In this document: positions 29,616 through 41,575 of the stretch, one piece after another
Numbering within the stretch: position 1 is the first letter of the stretch
How the letters are laid out: each line of letters starts with the position of its first letter
NCBI GenBank assembly: GCA_963664825.1
Contig: OY761614.1
Coordinates: forward strand, 1,696,001-1,760,000
Source of the DNA: an uncultured Holophaga sp.
Lineage (GTDB): Bacteria; Acidobacteriota; Holophagae; Holophagales; Holophagaceae
DNA: 64,000 nucleotides
Direction of reading: 5' to 3'
The notes under the pieces: generated by a model
What the model was told of the DNA's origin: nothing
Seen by the model: only the letters and a program-made list of their open reading frames with translations
The model's database searches: none
Program-made: the position numbers and the translations under genes

Positions 29616-32600
29616 TTAGAAGCGCGTGAATTGCCGTTCGTCGGCATCATTGGACATGCCGCTCCGCTTGGTGGACGCCTTGGGCGGCGTCTTCCGCGGG
29701 GTCCGAGTCTCCGCACGGGGCTCCGTGAGCGTGAAGAACTCCATGGTGTTCTGGAGCTCCTGGGCTTGGGTGTTCACCTCATCGGAGGTCGAGGCAAGCT
29801 CTTCCGAGGCCGCCGCGTTCTGCTGTACGGCTTGCGTGATCTGGGTCAGGGCTCCATTGATCTGGCCCACGCCGGAGTTCTGTTCGGCGGAAGCTGCTGC
29901 GATCTCCTGCACGAGGTCGGCGGTCTTCTGGATGGAGGGCACGATGGTCTCCAGCAGGGTGCCGGCCTTTTCGGCTAGGCCTACGCTGCCTGAGGCCAGC
30001 TGGCTGATCTCTTCGGCGGCCACCTGGCTGCGCTCGGCCAGCTTGCGCACCTCGGCTGCCACCACCGCGAAGCCCTTGCCGTGTTCCCCGGCCCGGCCCG
30101 CTTCGATGGCTGCGTTCAGCGCCAGCAGGTTCGTCTGATAGGCGATGTCATCAATGATGGCAATCTTGTGGGCGATTTGCTTCATGGCCGCCACGGTTTC
30201 CCGCACGGCTTGGCCTCCGTCCACGGCCTCCTTGGCGCTGCGGGAGGCGATATCTCCGGTCACCTTGGAATTTTCGTTATTCTGGGCGATTGACGCACTC
30301 ATCTCCTCCATGGAGGCGCTGGTCTCCTCCACGCTCGCCGCCTGTTCGCTGGCCCCTTGGCTCAGGGTCTGGGCCGTGGTGCTCAGCTGATCGGACGCGT
30401 TGACAAGGGATTCCGCGGCTCCCCGCACATCCGCGATGGTCGAGGCCAGTTTGGCGATCGTGTTGTTGATGGCGGACTTGAGCTCCTTGAATTCGCCCTG
30501 GTAATCCTTCTCGATGTTCTGGGTCAGGTCCCCGGATGCAAGGGAGCCCATCACTCGCTTGACTTCGTTGATCGGCTCGACGATCGCCTCGATCAGTTCG
30601 TTGAGGCTCTGGACGACCTCCTTGAATTGGCCGCGATGGAGCGAGACATCGCTGCGTTCTCCAAGCTTTCCCGCGATGCCTGAGGCCGCAAGGCGCTGAA
30701 CATCGTTGATCAAGAGATTCAAGGGTGTGATGACGGCATCAAGGGTCGCATTGACGCCTTCGATCACATGCCTATACTCGCCCTGGTGCTTGCTTGCGTC
30801 GGCTCGCACATCGAATTTCAGCGCCACAGCCGCATTGGACAACATGGTGGCATCGCTGACCAGCGCGTTGAGAGACGCGCCCACCTGCTTGAAGCTGTCG
30901 TTGATCTTGCCGAACTGGGACTGCACCTCCTTGGTGTACTGATCCGAGGCAGGAAGCGTGAGATCGAGATCCAGATCTCCGCCACTCAGGCGTTCGAGGT
31001 TCAGGGCCACGCGCCGGACTTCCTGCTCGGTGTAGTTCTTCACCCGCAAGGTGGACGTGAGATCGGTCACGGTCTCCACGTAGCCCACGGTCTCGCCTTT
31101 GGCGTTGAGCACTGGGGCCGTGTCCTGCTTGCAGTTAAGGCCGCACCAGTCGAAGAAGCTCTCCTTCACGCCGCTCCGTAGCTGGACAATGCCGCACTTG
31201 TTCGTGTTGCAGATGTTCGCGTTGGCCGTCGAACATGGACGGTGGATTGCATCCTGGCGGTCCCGGATGTTGCCCTGATCGACCATCAACTTCTCGAAAG
31301 CCTTATTGAGGAACGTCCACTTCATGTCCATATCCGTGACATGGATCGGGAAGGGGACGGCATCGATGATCGACCGGTACCATTCCAGCTTGTCCACCAC
31401 AACATCCAGCGTCTCGTTGACGCCCTCGATGACCTTCCGGTACTCACCTGCATGCGCCATGGCATCGGCACGGCTGGAGAACTGACCCTGGATGGCGTCG
31501 ATGGACATCTTGTTGACGTCGGTTACCAGAGCCTTCAGCGAAGTGCTCACCATCTTGAAGCTGTTGTTTATCTTGCTGAATTGCGCATGCACATCCTTGG
31601 TGTAGTTGTCTGTTTCGGGCAGGGAGAGATCGAGATTGAGATCACCATTGCCCATGCGTTCGAGGTTCAAGGCCACCCGCTGGACTTCCACCTCGGTGAA
31701 ACTCTTGATCCGCAGGGTGGACGTGAGATCGGTCACGGTCTCTACGTAGCCCACGGTCTCGCCCTTGGCGTTGAGCACGGGGGCCGTGTCCTGTTTGCAG
31801 TTCAGGCCACACCAGTCGAAGAAGCTCTCCTTCACGCCGCTCCGCAACTGGACGATGCCGCACTTGTTCGTGTTGCAGATGTTCGCATTGGCCGTTGAAC
31901 ACGGACGGTGGATGGCCTCCTGGCGGTTCCGGATGTTGCCCTGATCCACCATCAACTTCTCGAAGGCCTTGTTGAGGAAGGTCCACTTCATGTCCATGTC
32001 CGTGACATGGATCGGGAAGGGGACGGCATCGATGATCGATCGGTACCATTCCAGCTTGTCCACTACGACATCCAGAAGGCCGTTGGTGCCTTCCATGACC
32101 TGGCGGAATTCGCCCGTGTAGGTCATCGCATCGCCGCGGGTGGTGAACTGCCCCTGCATCGCGTCGGCGGATACCTTGTTGAGATCCGCGAGCAGCCCGT
32201 TGAGGGGAACCACGATGGCATCCAGGGTCCCGTTGATCCCCTGAACCAGCTTCCGGTACTCCCCCTGGTGCTGGTTGGCATCGGCACGCACGTTCAGCTG
32301 TGCCTTGGACGCAGCCTGGACCAGCATGTCCGTATCCGCCAGCAGGGAACGAAGTGTGGCGGTCACCTGGTTCATGGCGGCCATGACGCTGGTCGTATCG
32401 CCGGGTTCCGTCTGCACCTCGATGCTGAGATCCCCCGCGGCCAAGCGGCGGGCGGCATCGACAGCATCCTTCGGCTCACCCCCAACCTGTTGCTTGATCG
32501 CCCGCGTCACCAGGATGCCGAGTCCGATGGCGATGGCGAAACCGATCATGATCGCGAAAATGGAGGTCATGCGGCTCTTTTCAAAAGTCGCCGCACCGAT

Positions 32601-33140
32601 CTTGTTGGCCTCGTCGGCCCCCTTCGCGTTGTCCTCCGAGATATTCTGGAAGAGGGTCCGGATTGCGATGTAGTTGGGTCTCACTTCCGTGAGCAGGATC
32701 CTCTTGGCATCCTCGATCTTGCCAGCCTCCGCGAGATCCATGACCCTCTTGATCTCGCGCTGATAGGTAGGCCAGAGCTCGTCGAACTGTTTCCACATCC
32801 CCTTTTCGGCCTCGCTCGACTCCGTGGATCGTTCCTTCCTGACCCATTCCTGGAGTTCCCGGATGGCAACATCTGTCTTTTGGATTTCGTCCTGCCGTCC
32901 CTTGGCGTCGGGAACAACCACGGTATAGATCACCCGCTGCTGGAGTGCCGCGAGCTGGGTCGTGCTGTTCAACAGATACCCAAGGGCGAGGGTATGGTTC
33001 GTGTAGCTGTCGCGCATCAGGCCATTGATTGAGGATGTGCCCGATAGCCCGAGGAGGCCGACGACCACGGAGATGGTTGCCACCAGCGCGAAGGAGAGGA
33101 GAAGGCGGGTGCCCAAACGGAGATTCGAAAGAGAGTTCAT
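29616..33140 (-). CDS. Large MCP with periplasmic sensor, poly-HAMP and two Cys-rich PAS modules
   Basis: 1174 aa; internal repeat of period 222 aa (666 bp) containing [23 protein letters not shown] signal domain; ends QFTRF. Confidence 0.92.
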   Translation of the reverse strand: MNSLSNLRLGTRLLLSFALVATISVVVGLLGLSGTSSINGLMRDSYTNHTLALGYLLNSTTQLAALQQRVIYTVVVPDAKGRQDEIQKTDVAIRELQEWVRKERSTESSEAEKGMWKQFDELWPTYQREIKRVMDLAEAGKIEDAKRILLTEVRPNYIAIRTLFQNISEDNAKGADEANKIGAATFEKSRMTSIFAIMIGFAIAIGLGILVTRAIKQQVGGEPKDAVDAARRLAAGDLSIEVQTEPGDTTSVMAAMNQVTATLRSLLADTDMLVQAASKAQLNVRADANQHQGEYRKLVQGINGTLDAIVVPLNGLLADLNKVSADAMQGQFTTRGDAMTYTGEFRQVMEGTNGLLDVVVDKLEWYRSIIDAVPFPIHVTDMDMKWTFLNKAFEKLMVDQGNIRNRQEAIHRPCSTANANICNTNKCGIVQLRSGVKESFFDWCGLNCKQDTAPVLNAKGETVGYVETVTDLTSTLRIKSFTEVEVQRVALNLERMGNGDLNLDLSLPETDNYTKDVHAQFSKINNSFKMVSTSLKALVTDVNKMSIDAIQGQFSSRADAMAHAGEYRKVIEGVNETLDVVVDKLEWYRSIIDAVPFPIHVTDMDMKWTFLNKAFEKLMVDQGNIRDRQDAIHRPCSTANANICNTNKCGIVQLRSGVKESFFDWCGLNCKQDTAPVLNAKGETVGYVETVTDLTSTLRVKNYTEQEVRRVALNLERLSGGDLDLDLTLPASDQYTKEVQSQFGKINDSFKQVGASLNALVSDATMLSNAAVALKFDVRADASKHQGEYRHVIEGVNATLDAVITPLNLLINDVQRLAASGIAGKLGERSDVSLHRGQFKEVVQSLNELIEAIVEPINEVKRVMGSLASGDLTQNIEKDYQGEFKELKSAINNTIAKLASTIADVRGAAESLVNASDQLSTTAQTLSQGASEQAASVEETSASMEEMSASIAQNNENSKVTGDIASRSAKEAVDGGQAVRETVAAMKQIAHKIAIIDDIAYQTNLLALNAAIEAGRAGEHGKGFAVVAAEVRKLAERSQVAAEEISQLASGSVGLAEKAGTLLETIVPSIQKTADLVQEIAAASAEQNSGVGQINGALTQITQAVQQNAAASEELASTSDEVNTQAQELQNTMEFFTLTEPRAETRTPRKTPPKASTKRSGMSNDADERQFTRF

Positions 33141-33201
33141 CTCTGGCTCCTATGGTGGGGTTCGATCAATGGGCAGGGCACAGCCCCGCAACGGCGACTC
33201 T

Positions 33202-33729
33202 TCAGGCTTTTCGTTCAAAACTTCCCAGTTCATCGGCGGAGAGCACGCGTTCGATATCCAGCAGGATGACGAAGCGGCCTCCGATCTTCCCCACCCCCCG
33301 GACGAAATCGGCCCGGAGCGTGCTCCCGAAGGCGGGAGCGGCTTCGATCTCGTTTTCGGAGATCTCCAGGACCTCACTCACGTGGTCCACCACGATGCCC
33401 ATGACGGTGGTCCGATCCTCTTCCTCCACTTCCAGGATGACCACGCAGGTCCGCCGGTCCGCGGCTGTGGCCTGGCGGCCAAAGCGCACCGCCAGATCGA
33501 TCACAGGGATCACGGCCCCCCGCAGGTTCATCACCCCCCTCACGGTGGGGGGGGCGAGGGGAACCTCCGTGATAGAGCCGTATTGGAGGATTTCCTTCAC
33601 GAAACGGACCTCCATCGCTAGGGCCTCGCCTCTCAGGGAGAAGGTGAGGAACTGGTTGCGCCGCTCCTCCTTCTCCCCTGGGGTTGGAAGTTGGGAGGCA
33701 CGTGTGGCGACCTGCATCGATTCCGCCAT
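33202..33729 (-). CDS. cheW: CheW scaffold protein
   Basis: QFLTFSL, VKEILQY, RGVMNLRGAVIPVIDL. Confidence 0.95.
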   Translation of the reverse strand: MAESMQVATRASQLPTPGEKEERRNQFLTFSLRGEALAMEVRFVKEILQYGSITEVPLAPPTVRGVMNLRGAVIPVIDLAVRFGRQATAADRRTCVVILEVEEEDRTTVMGIVVDHVSEVLEISENEIEAAPAFGSTLRADFVRGVGKIGGRFVILLDIERVLSADELGSFERKA

Positions 33730-33742
33730 GCTGGACTCCAGG

Positions 33743-35371
33743 TTAGAAACGCGAGAACTGTCGGTCGTCGATGTCTTCGGTGGCGGGCCGTCGGATATTG
33801 ACCTTGGGGGAAACCGTCCGCACCTTCTTTTGGGTTCCTCCGGCGAGGCGGAAGAATTCCATGGTGTTCTGGAGCTCCTGGGCCTGGGCGTTTACCTCTT
33901 CGGAAGTGGATGCCAGTTCTTCGGAAGCCGCCGCATTCTGCTGCACGGCCTGGGTGATCTGGGTGAGGGCCCCATTGATCTGGCCCACGCCGGAATTCTG
34001 TTCGGCGGAGGCCGCGGCGATCTCCTGCACGAGGTCGGCGGTTTTCTGGATGGAGGGCACGATGGTCTCCAGTAGGCCGCCTGCCTTTTCCGCAAGCCCC
34101 ACGCTGCCCGAGGCCAGCTGGCTGATCTCTTCGGCGGCTACCTGGCTGCGTTCGGCCAGTTTGCGCACCTCGGCTGCCACCACGGCGAAGCCCTTGCCAT
34201 GCTCGCCCGCCCGGCCCGCTTCGATGGCCGCGTTCAGCGCCAACAGGTTGGTCTGGTAGGCGATGTCATCGATGATGGCGATCTTGTGGGCGATCTGCTT
34301 CATGGCCGCCACGGTCTCCCTTACGGACTCTCCGCCCTCCACGGCCTCCTTGGCGCTGCGGGTGGCGATATCGCCTGTGACCTTGGAATTCTCGTTGTTC
34401 TGGGCGATGGAAGCGCTCATCTCCTCCATGGATGCGGAGGTCTCTTCCACGCTGGCCGCCTGCTCCGAGGCCCCCTGGCTCAGGGTTTGGGCCGTGGAAC
34501 TCAGCTGGTCGGCAGCTCCCACCAGGGTCCCCGCGTTCTCCCTCACCTGGCCGATGATCTCCGCGAGTTTCGCCACCATCTCCTTGATGGAGACCATCAT
34601 GCTGGCCTTGTCCCCGGGGAGGGTCTGTACATCCACGGTCAGATCGCCGTCGGCGATATGTTTCACTACCTCTGCGGCGTAGCCGGGCTCACCACCCAGA
34701 TCTCCCGTGATGCTCTTGGTAACCACCATCGCTGCCGCCACGCCGAAGGCGATGGCCAGCACCAAAAGGATGATGCTGAGGCGCTCCGCCGAGGCTAGGT
34801 CGCTATCCACTTTTTCGCCGGCCTTCTGATTGAGGTCCGCCTCGAAATCGGCCAGTCCGGAAAGTTTGTCCACGAGGCCATTCAGGCCTGGGCGGACCTC
34901 GGAGATGCGCACCTGGTCGGCCTCAGCCTTCTTCCCCTGGTCGAGCAAGGAGATCATGCGATCGATGCCGGCCCAGGCCTTCTCTCGGCCCTCCTTGGCC
35001 TGCTTCAGAAACTCCTTTTCCTTGTCTGTGGTGTCAGCCGCGAAGGTCTCGAAGAGTTTCCAGGTCTTGGTGGAGGCCTCCAGATACTTGTCCTGGGAGG
35101 CCTTGAGGGCCTCCTTGGCCTTTTGGTAATCCTGGGGTGTGGCGGCGAGCATGAGGTCGCGGTAGCCGGTGCGGATGCCGTAGCTGGCGATGACCGTATC
35201 CTTGGCGGCGATCAACTCGGGACTATTCATCTTGACGATGTCGCTGACCTGCATGCCCGCAGAGCGCATATTGAGGTAATTCCCGGTGGCCATGACCAGC
35301 ATCAGCAGGAGGAGAAGCCCGAAAGCGGAGGCGAGCCGAACGGCGACCTTCATGTTCTTGAGCACGATCAA
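33743..35371 (-). CDS. Methyl-accepting chemotaxis protein
   Basis: TM-helical sensor-TM-HAMP, MCP signal domain, ends QFSRF. Confidence 0.93.
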   Translation of the reverse strand: MIVLKNMKVAVRLASAFGLLLLLMLVMATGNYLNMRSAGMQVSDIVKMNSPELIAAKDTVIASYGIRTGYRDLMLAATPQDYQKAKEALKASQDKYLEASTKTWKLFETFAADTTDKEKEFLKQAKEGREKAWAGIDRMISLLDQGKKAEADQVRISEVRPGLNGLVDKLSGLADFEADLNQKAGEKVDSDLASAERLSIILLVLAIAFGVAAAMVVTKSITGDLGGEPGYAAEVVKHIADGDLTVDVQTLPGDKASMMVSIKEMVAKLAEIIGQVRENAGTLVGAADQLSSTAQTLSQGASEQAASVEETSASMEEMSASIAQNNENSKVTGDIATRSAKEAVEGGESVRETVAAMKQIAHKIAIIDDIAYQTNLLALNAAIEAGRAGEHGKGFAVVAAEVRKLAERSQVAAEEISQLASGSVGLAEKAGGLLETIVPSIQKTADLVQEIAAASAEQNSGVGQINGALTQITQAVQQNAAASEELASTSEEVNAQAQELQNTMEFFRLAGGTQKKVRTVSPKVNIRRPATEDIDDRQFSRF

Positions 35372-35418
35372 ACTCCAAAGAAGTTGGAAAGGGATGAGGA
35401 ACGTTCTGAGGGATGCGG

Positions 35419-37605
35419 CTACTGGGGTGCCAGGAGCCTGGCAGGGGAAGTGCGGTGTTCAGAGGCCAGGGCCACCAACTGAGGTACGTCCAGGATTAGG
35501 GCCACTTCGCCGGAACCGAGGATGGTGGACCCCCCCACGCCCCGCACATTCTTGAAGAGATTGCCCAGGGGCTTGATCACGGTCTGGAATTCGCCCATGA
35601 GCTTGTCCACCACCAGGCCCGCCCGGGTCTCCCCGTACTGGACGACAATCACCCGCTCCCGGGCCGGGGCCTCTCCCTTCATCTGGAAGACTTCCCTCAG
35701 CCGAAGGAAGGGCAGCACTTCGCCCCGTAGATTGATGAGGTGGTTCTCCTCGGATTCCAGGAAGGGACCCAGATCCAGACACTCGATGACCATATCGAGA
35801 GGCACCACGTACGAGGCTCCCCCGATGCCCACCCGGAACCCGTCGATGATCGCCAGGGTCAGGGGCAGGCGGATGCGCAGGGTCGTGCCGCCCTCTTCGT
35901 AGGATTCCACTTCGATGGTGCCCCGCAGCTCATCGATATTGCGCCGCACCACGTCCATGCCCACGCCTCGGCCCGAGAGCTTGGTGACGGCATCGGCCGT
36001 GGAAAAGCCGGGTTCGAAGATGAGGCTGGTGATCTCGCTCTCGCTGAGTTCGGCCCCTTCGCGCACCAGGCCCCGCTCGATGGCCTTCTGGAGGATCTTG
36101 GCCTTGTTGAGGCCGCCGCCGTCATCGGCCACTTCGATGACGATGCTGCCGGATTCGTGGAAGGCCGTGAGGGAAAGGGAACCCGTATCGGGTTTCCCCC
36201 GCGCCCGGCGCACTTCCAGGGGCTCGATGCCGTGGTCGATGGAATTGCGGACGATGTGCATGAGCGGATCGCTCAGCTTTTCCACGATGGTCTTGTCCAG
36301 TTCGGTATCCCCTCCGTGGATCTCCAGTTCGATGGTCTTGCCCATCTCCTGGGACACATCCCGCACGATGCGGCGGAAGCGGTTGAAGGTGTCGCCGATC
36401 TGCACCATGCGCAGGCTGAGGGCGTTATCGCGGATCTCCTCCACCAGCTTATTGACGATGGTGGTGGCCTCCAGGAGCCGGGCGTCCCGGGAATTGATGG
36501 CCATTTCTGCGGCCATGGCGTTGGCCGAGGCCCCGGAGATCACCAGCTCTCCCACCAGATCCACCAGCCGATCCAGCTTGTCGGCCTGGACCTTGACGAC
36601 CTTCATCTCCTGGGCCTGGCGTTCCTGGAATTTCTTCTGCTTATCCAGGGCCGCCGCCACCAGGGGCGGGGGCACGGCCTGGTCCTCGATGAGGATATTG
36701 CCGATGCGTCGGCCCTGGATGGCGCCCTCTTCCTGGGATTCGGTCTTTTGGGTATGGAGGGCCTCCTCCAGATCCTTGGTCGTGATGCAACCCCCGGCCA
36801 CCAGGATCTCCCCCAGGAAGCGCTCGCCTTCGGGCATCTCCCGGATGAAGGCGATGTATTCCTCCACCTTGGAATGGGGAGGGATCAGGCGGATGCGGCT
36901 ATCGTCCCGCACGAATTCGAAGACATCCTCGATGGCCTGGCGCTCGGCATCGGTTTCCAGATCCAGCTCCAGGCCCAGATAGCAGCACTCCGGATCATAG
37001 GTGGCACCCAGCGGCAGGCTCTCCAGCAGCGGCACGAGATGGACGATGCGCCCCAGGGTGCCCAGGTAGCGGATGAAGGAGAGGGGATCCATGCCATTGC
37101 GCAGCACATCGCTTCCGAAGCGGATGGAGAGGTGCCAGCATTCGTTCCGGCCATTTTTCGCGTGTTCACCGGAGCGTGTGGCCAGGGAGGCCGAAGGGGC
37201 TGCGGAGGCGCCCCCGTTCTCCAGGTAGGGCACCAGGCTTCCCAGGAGTCTCTTGCTCACCTCCTGGCTCTCGGGCGCCTCCTCGACGCCCTCCTGGGTG
37301 GAGGAGATGAGGCTCTCCAGATGATCGTGGCATTCCAGCAGGATCCCGATGAGGGTTGGGTCCAGCGTGATCTGGCGGGCCCGCACCCGGTCCATGACGC
37401 TCTCCACCGTATGGGCGAAGCGCACCACCGGGTCCAGGCCGAAGAGGCCTGCGGAACCCTTGATGGTGTGGACGGCCCGGAACATGGCGTTGATGGATTC
37501 GCCCGTATCCACTTCGCCCTCGATGCCCAGGAGCGCTTCCTCCATGGCCGCCAGTAATTCTCTGGCCTCGATGATGAAGGTCTGCTTCGCCTTATCGAGA
37601 TCCAT
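35419..37605 (-). CDS. cheA: Chemotaxis histidine kinase CheA
   Basis: Hpt [50 protein letters not shown]-terminal CheW-like domain. Confidence 0.97.
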   Translation of the reverse strand: MDLDKAKQTFIIEARELLAAMEEALLGIEGEVDTGESINAMFRAVHTIKGSAGLFGLDPVVRFAHTVESVMDRVRARQITLDPTLIGILLECHDHLESLISSTQEGVEEAPESQEVSKRLLGSLVPYLENGGASAAPSASLATRSGEHAKNGRNECWHLSIRFGSDVLRNGMDPLSFIRYLGTLGRIVHLVPLLESLPLGATYDPECCYLGLELDLETDAERQAIEDVFEFVRDDSRIRLIPPHSKVEEYIAFIREMPEGERFLGEILVAGGCITTKDLEEALHTQKTESQEEGAIQGRRIGNILIEDQAVPPPLVAAALDKQKKFQERQAQEMKVVKVQADKLDRLVDLVGELVISGASANAMAAEMAINSRDARLLEATTIVNKLVEEIRDNALSLRMVQIGDTFNRFRRIVRDVSQEMGKTIELEIHGGDTELDKTIVEKLSDPLMHIVRNSIDHGIEPLEVRRARGKPDTGSLSLTAFHESGSIVIEVADDGGGLNKAKILQKAIERGLVREGAELSESEITSLIFEPGFSTADAVTKLSGRGVGMDVVRRNIDELRGTIEVESYEEGGTTLRIRLPLTLAIIDGFRVGIGGASYVVPLDMVIECLDLGPFLESEENHLINLRGEVLPFLRLREVFQMKGEAPARERVIVVQYGETRAGLVVDKLMGEFQTVIKPLGNLFKNVRGVGGSTILGSGEVALILDVPQLVALASEHRTSPARLLAPQ

Positions 37606-37615
37606 GGTGGCTCCT

Positions 37616-37942
37616 TCAGGAAGCGGAGGGGGAAAGGAGGATGGGATCGCCAAAGGTGGCCGTCAGCTTCAGCAGATCGAGGATTTCCAGGACTGCGGGA
37701 CTGTGGTGGGCGAGGATCAGGGTCTTGCCCTGGTTCGTCGCCTCGCGCTTGAGCCAGAGCAGGAGCTGCACGCCTGCGGTATCCAGCTCCTCAATCCCGG
37801 AGAGATCCAGGGTCTGGGTACCCGCCTTGGCCATCCGTGCCGGGATCTGGGTCCTGGCCTCGGTCGCGGTATAGATGGTGAGGACCCCTGTGAGTTTGAG
37901 GGTGGCCTGGCCGTTCAGGTGTGTGGAGTGATAGGTGAGCAT
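37616..37942 (-). CDS. STAS domain protein
   Basis: LTIY..LDLSGIEELDTAGVQLLLWLK; lies between cheY and cheA. Confidence 0.88.
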   Translation of the reverse strand: MLTYHSTHLNGQATLKLTGVLTIYTATEARTQIPARMAKAGTQTLDLSGIEELDTAGVQLLLWLKREATNQGKTLILAHHSPAVLEILDLLKLTATFGDPILLSPSAS

Positions 37943-37968
37943 CGGACCTCCATGACCAGGTTTCGGAA

Positions 37969-38337
37969 TCAGGGCAGAATGAGTTTGGAAACCGCGACCA
38001 GCAACTGATCGGGCTTGAAGGGCTTGACTACCCAGGCCCGGGCTCCGGCCGTCTGGCCCTCCTTCTTCTTCTCTTCACCGGCCTCCGTGGTGAGCATGAT
38101 CACCGGCGTGAATTTGTAGTTTGGGTGTTCGCGCACAGCCTTCAGGAAACTGATGCCATCCATGTTGGGCATGTTCACGTCGCAGACCATGAGATGGATC
38201 TTCTGCCCCGTGAGCTTGGAGAGGGCGTCCTTCCCGTCGCAGGCTTCGAGGACCTCGTACCCGGCGTTATTCAGGGCTATGGAGACCACCTGCCGGAGGC
38301 TGATGGAATCGTCGATGATCATGATGGTCTTGGCCAT
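37969..38337 (-). CDS. cheY: Chemotaxis response regulator CheY
   Basis: IIDDS, CDVNMPNMDG, YKFTPVIMLTTE, WVVKPF. Confidence 0.93.
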   Translation of the reverse strand: MAKTIMIIDDSISLRQVVSIALNNAGYEVLEACDGKDALSKLTGQKIHLMVCDVNMPNMDGISFLKAVREHPNYKFTPVIMLTTEAGEEKKKEGQTAGARAWVVKPFKPDQLLVAVSKLILP

Positions 38338-38345
38338 GGGTGCGC

Positions 38346-39512
38346 TCAGAAGAAGGTGACGTCAGAGGAGGCGGGGGTATCGGTTTCGATCCCTTTGTGG
38401 ATGGCGATCTGTTCCTGGGTGGTGTAGGTATGCTCGAGTTCGTCGAGCCAGGTCGATGTCTCGAGCCCGGTGGGGTTCACTTCCAGCTGTCCCGCCAACT
38501 TTTCCATGTCCTGGACCACGGTCCAGAGCATCTGGCTGACGCGATCCTGGAACTGGAAATGGACGAGGGCTTCCGAGATGCCCTTCTGCACATTGGTGTT
38601 GGCACCCTCCATCCCCCGGGCCGATTCCGAGATGTCGGCAGCCACTTGCTGGAATTCGGTTACCACCGTGTGGATCTTTTCCTCCGCCTCGTGGATGAAG
38701 GCATCGTCCCGTTCCGTGAATTCCCGTGCCGAGGCGAGGTTACCTTCCAGAGTCTGGCTGACGCCAGCCACCTGCTGGGAGATCTGCAGACCGGTGGCGC
38801 CGGAACGTTCCGAGAGCTTGCGCACTTCGGCGGCCACGATGGCGAAGCCCCGACCGTGTTCCCGGGCGTGGGCGGCCTCGATGGCGGCATTCAGGGCCAG
38901 GAGGTTTGTCTGGTTGGCGATGGCCGCCACTTCGGAACTCATCTCCTCCAGGGTGGTGATGGTCTGGGCCATCTCCGAGATCCGGCCCAGGAAGGCCGTC
39001 CGGACTTCCCGGGCCTCCCGGAGGGAATCCACGAGGCCCTGGAGGGTGGCCTGGCCCTGGGCGATGGTCCGGGTCACACCCTCGATCCTCTCCATCCCGG
39101 CCGCCCCTGCGGCCTGATGCAGTTCCTGCTGCATGGAAGCGAACTGGGAGGTGAGGCCGTTGATGGATTCCTCCGTCTGCTGGCGCGCTGCGCTGGTCTG
39201 ACGGGCCCAGACCGGAATGATGCCCTTCCCCAGGTGCCAGAGCGGGCTGCCTTTCCCCAGTTCCAAAGCGGGGGGCGCCGTTTCCTGCTGCCCTGAGGAG
39301 AGCACGTCACCCTCCGTCGACCGGGCATTCCAGGCCAGGAGTCCCCAGCCCAGAAGGCCCAGTAGCAGCCCTCCGAAAAGCCCTCGCAGCGGGCTTTTCG
39401 AGGCCATGCCGATGACTAGCCAAGCGCAGAGGAAGAGCGCAAAGGCTCCGAGTCGGATACCCGGAAGGCCCAAGGCTTTCAGATAAGTTTCTCTGCGTTT
39501 TCGTAAATCCAC
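38346..39512 (-). CDS. Short methyl-accepting chemotaxis protein (first gene of che cluster)
   Basis: Two N-terminal [30 protein letters not shown], ends VTFF; GTG 39512 after GAGGA (start uncertain). Confidence 0.85.
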   Translation of the reverse strand: MDLRKRRETYLKALGLPGIRLGAFALFLCAWLVIGMASKSPLRGLFGGLLLGLLGWGLLAWNARSTEGDVLSSGQQETAPPALELGKGSPLWHLGKGIIPVWARQTSAARQQTEESINGLTSQFASMQQELHQAAGAAGMERIEGVTRTIAQGQATLQGLVDSLREAREVRTAFLGRISEMAQTITTLEEMSSEVAAIANQTNLLALNAAIEAAHAREHGRGFAIVAAEVRKLSERSGATGLQISQQVAGVSQTLEGNLASAREFTERDDAFIHEAEEKIHTVVTEFQQVAADISESARGMEGANTNVQKGISEALVHFQFQDRVSQMLWTVVQDMEKLAGQLEVNPTGLETSTWLDELEHTYTTQEQIAIHKGIETDTPASSDVTFF

Positions 39513-39535
39513 GGTCCTCACCCTTCGCAAACAGG

Positions 39536-39563
39536 TTCTCGGCCTGGATGATCCGCTGCATTA
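39536..39563 (-). promoter_or_regulatory. Possible sigma-28-type promoter of the che cluster
   Basis: Minus strand TAAT-N16-GCCGAGAA vs consensus TAAA-N15-GCCGATAA. Confidence 0.35.
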
Positions 39564-39743
39564 ATTTGCGTCACGAAATCATTAGGCCGCTAATTTTAAA
39601 TACCTTAGCGATTCCGGATGATTGGTTCAATGGTCAATAATCGACCCTCGTCGACCTGTTCCCGAGGACTGTTCAGAAGGCCTTGACCGGGTTCTCGAGG
39701 AGGTGCAGTCTAGGCGCCTCGATTCCACCCCAAGGAGACCGAT

Positions 39744-40019
39744 ATGAAGCTCCTCAGCACCGCACTCCTGATGGCGGCCACCCTGGCCTTCGCCCAGACC
39801 CCCGCCAAAAAACCGGCAACCCCCGCAGCCAAGGCTGAGACCAAGGCTAAAGCCGCTCCCACGGTGGGCGGATTTGTGGGCAACAAGGATTCCAAGACCC
39901 TCCACAGGGCCGACTGCAAGATGGCCGCCAAGCTGAAGGCCGAGAACAAGACCACTTTCGCCACCAAGGCCGAAGCCGAGAAAGCGGGCTACAAGGCCTG
40001 CAAGGTGTGCAAACCCTGA
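39744..40019 (+). CDS. Small exported protein with Ada-like metal-binding domain
   Basis: Signal peptide, A/K/P linker, GNKDSKTLHRADC..AEKAGYKACKVCKP; AGGAG RBS. Confidence 0.75.
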   Translation: MKLLSTALLMAATLAFAQTPAKKPATPAAKAETKAKAAPTVGGFVGNKDSKTLHRADCKMAAKLKAENKTTFATKAEAEKAGYKACKVCKP

Positions 40020-40130
40020 CCCACACCGAGTCAATCATCTTCGGCTGTGACGAACATCGCCCTGTGGACGATGCCACGCCGAGTCAATCACCGCTCTTGT
40101 CCAACACTTTCACCTTCTCGAGGAGAACCC

Positions 40131-40490
40131 ATGCGTATCGCGCTCTGTTTCGTCGCCGCTTCTTTGGTCCTGGGTGCCCAGTCGCTCGAAGAGCTGAAGG
40201 GCGCCGCCAAGGCCAAGGCCCAGACTCAGGTGGAAGCGACCAAGGCCAAGGCTGATAAGAAGGCCGATGCCGCCAAGGCCAAGGCCGATACCAAGGTAGG
40301 CAAGGCCAAGGCCAAGGCTGATGCCAAGGCCGATGCACTGCCGGTGGGGGGCGACATGGCCAAGGGTGCCACGGCCAAGGGCGAAGCCAAGGCCAAGGGG
40401 GCCGCCGAGAAGGCTCACGCCAAGACGAAGAAGAAGGCCACCAAGGGTGAAGCCAAGGCCAAGGAGGTGACCGAAAAGGTCACGAAGTAA
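40131..40490 (+). CDS. Exported Lys/Ala-rich low-complexity protein
   Basis: AGGAG RBS, signal peptide, KAKA repeats with GC3-rich codons. Confidence 0.7.
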   Translation: MRIALCFVAASLVLGAQSLEELKGAAKAKAQTQVEATKAKADKKADAAKAKADTKVGKAKAKADAKADALPVGGDMAKGATAKGEAKAKGAAEKAHAKTKKKATKGEAKAKEVTEKVTK

Positions 40491-41574
40491 GGGCCGCCAC
40501 TCGCAGTTCGTCCTCCTGTTCCTGTAGATCCCGCAGGAGGGCGAACTGGGTGCGGGCGCGGTCCAGGTTATGCCCTTCGCGGTGGATGCGGAAGTAGGGG
40601 TCGCCTTCCAGGAAGTCCGTCAGAAAACGCAGGCCCAGGCTGTAGGCGAAGACCTGAGTGGCACCCACTAGGTTGTCTCGCTCCAGGGGACTCAAGCCCT
40701 GGGCCGTTCCTTCCAGGAAACCCCTGGCTAGGGCGCCGAACAACGTGGGGTCCACGCGCACCTTGTCGAGTTGGCGTTCGTCCTCGAGGGCCGTGCTGGC
40801 CGCGCTGCGTGCCAAGTCCCCGAAATCAAAGAGGGCTAGGCCGGGCATCACCGTATCCAGATCAATGACACAAAGGGCTTCACCTGAAACGGCGTCAAAG
40901 AGCAGGTTATCGAGCTTGGTATCGTTGTGGGTGATACGCGACCGCATCTCTCCCCGCGCGATGAAGCCCGCGAAGAATATCGAGAGGGGGCGGTTTACGA
41001 AGGCGAAGCGGATCTCCGGCACCGCCTGGTTGGCCCGGTTGAGCACATCGCTATCCACGGCGGCCGAGAAGGCCTCGAAGCGCCTCTCCGCATCATGGAA
41101 ATGCGGGATGGTGGTCTCGAGAGGAGGCTCCGGCAGATCCGAGAGGAGGCGCTGGAAGGTGCCGAAGGCCTTGGCGATTTCGAAGGCCTGGGCGGGGTTT
41201 TCGACGACCGTTCTCTCCCGGGTCCCTTCGATGAAGGGAAGGCAGCGCCAGTGGCCACCGTCCTCATCCTGCAGGAAGTCCTGCCCTTCCAGAGAGGGCA
41301 CGAGGGTGAGCACTCGGCGCTCCAGGTCGGCCTTGCCTTCAGCCTCCAGGCGGGCCCGCAGATGGCGCGTCACGCGCCCCAGGTTGGCCATGAGCCCGGC
41401 CGGATCCCGAAAGACGCTTCCGTTGATGCGCTGCAGGATGAAGCGCCGCGGGCCCTGAGGCCCAGAGGCTTCCACCCGGAAGGTGGCATTGATGTGCCCA
41501 TTGCCGTAGGGACGAACCCCACCGACATCTCCTCCCAGACGGAATCGCCGCGCGATCTCCCGTGGATCGGGCAC
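40480..41574 (-). CDS. APH-fold phosphotransferase (N-acetylhexosamine-kinase-like)
   Basis: GNGHINAT, ILQRIN, THNDTKLDNLLF, VIDLDTVMPG, DFGD, GLRFLTDFL.GD.YF. Confidence 0.85.
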   Translation of the reverse strand: MPDPREIARRFRLGGDVGGVRPYGNGHINATFRVEASGPQGPRRFILQRINGSVFRDPAGLMANLGRVTRHLRARLEAEGKADLERRVLTLVPSLEGQDFLQDEDGGHWRCLPFIEGTRERTVVENPAQAFEIAKAFGTFQRLLSDLPEPPLETTIPHFHDAERRFEAFSAAVDSDVLNRANQAVPEIRFAFVNRPLSIFFAGFIARGEMRSRITHNDTKLDNLLFDAVSGEALCVIDLDTVMPGLALFDFGDLARSAASTALEDERQLDKVRVDPTLFGALARGFLEGTAQGLSPLERDNLVGATQVFAYSLGLRFLTDFLEGDPYFRIHREGHNLDRARTQFALLRDLQEQEDELRVAALTS

Positions 41575-41575
41575 C

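Noticed and set aside
39600..39640. FNR/CRP-like site upstream of the che cluster
   Set aside because: Half-sites do not match TTGAT-N4-ATCAA in sequence or spacing.
40190..40470. GCCAAGGCC-type short repeats as a possible repeat array or CRISPR
   Set aside because: Explained by Ala-Lys codons in a low-complexity protein; no constant repeat-spacer period.
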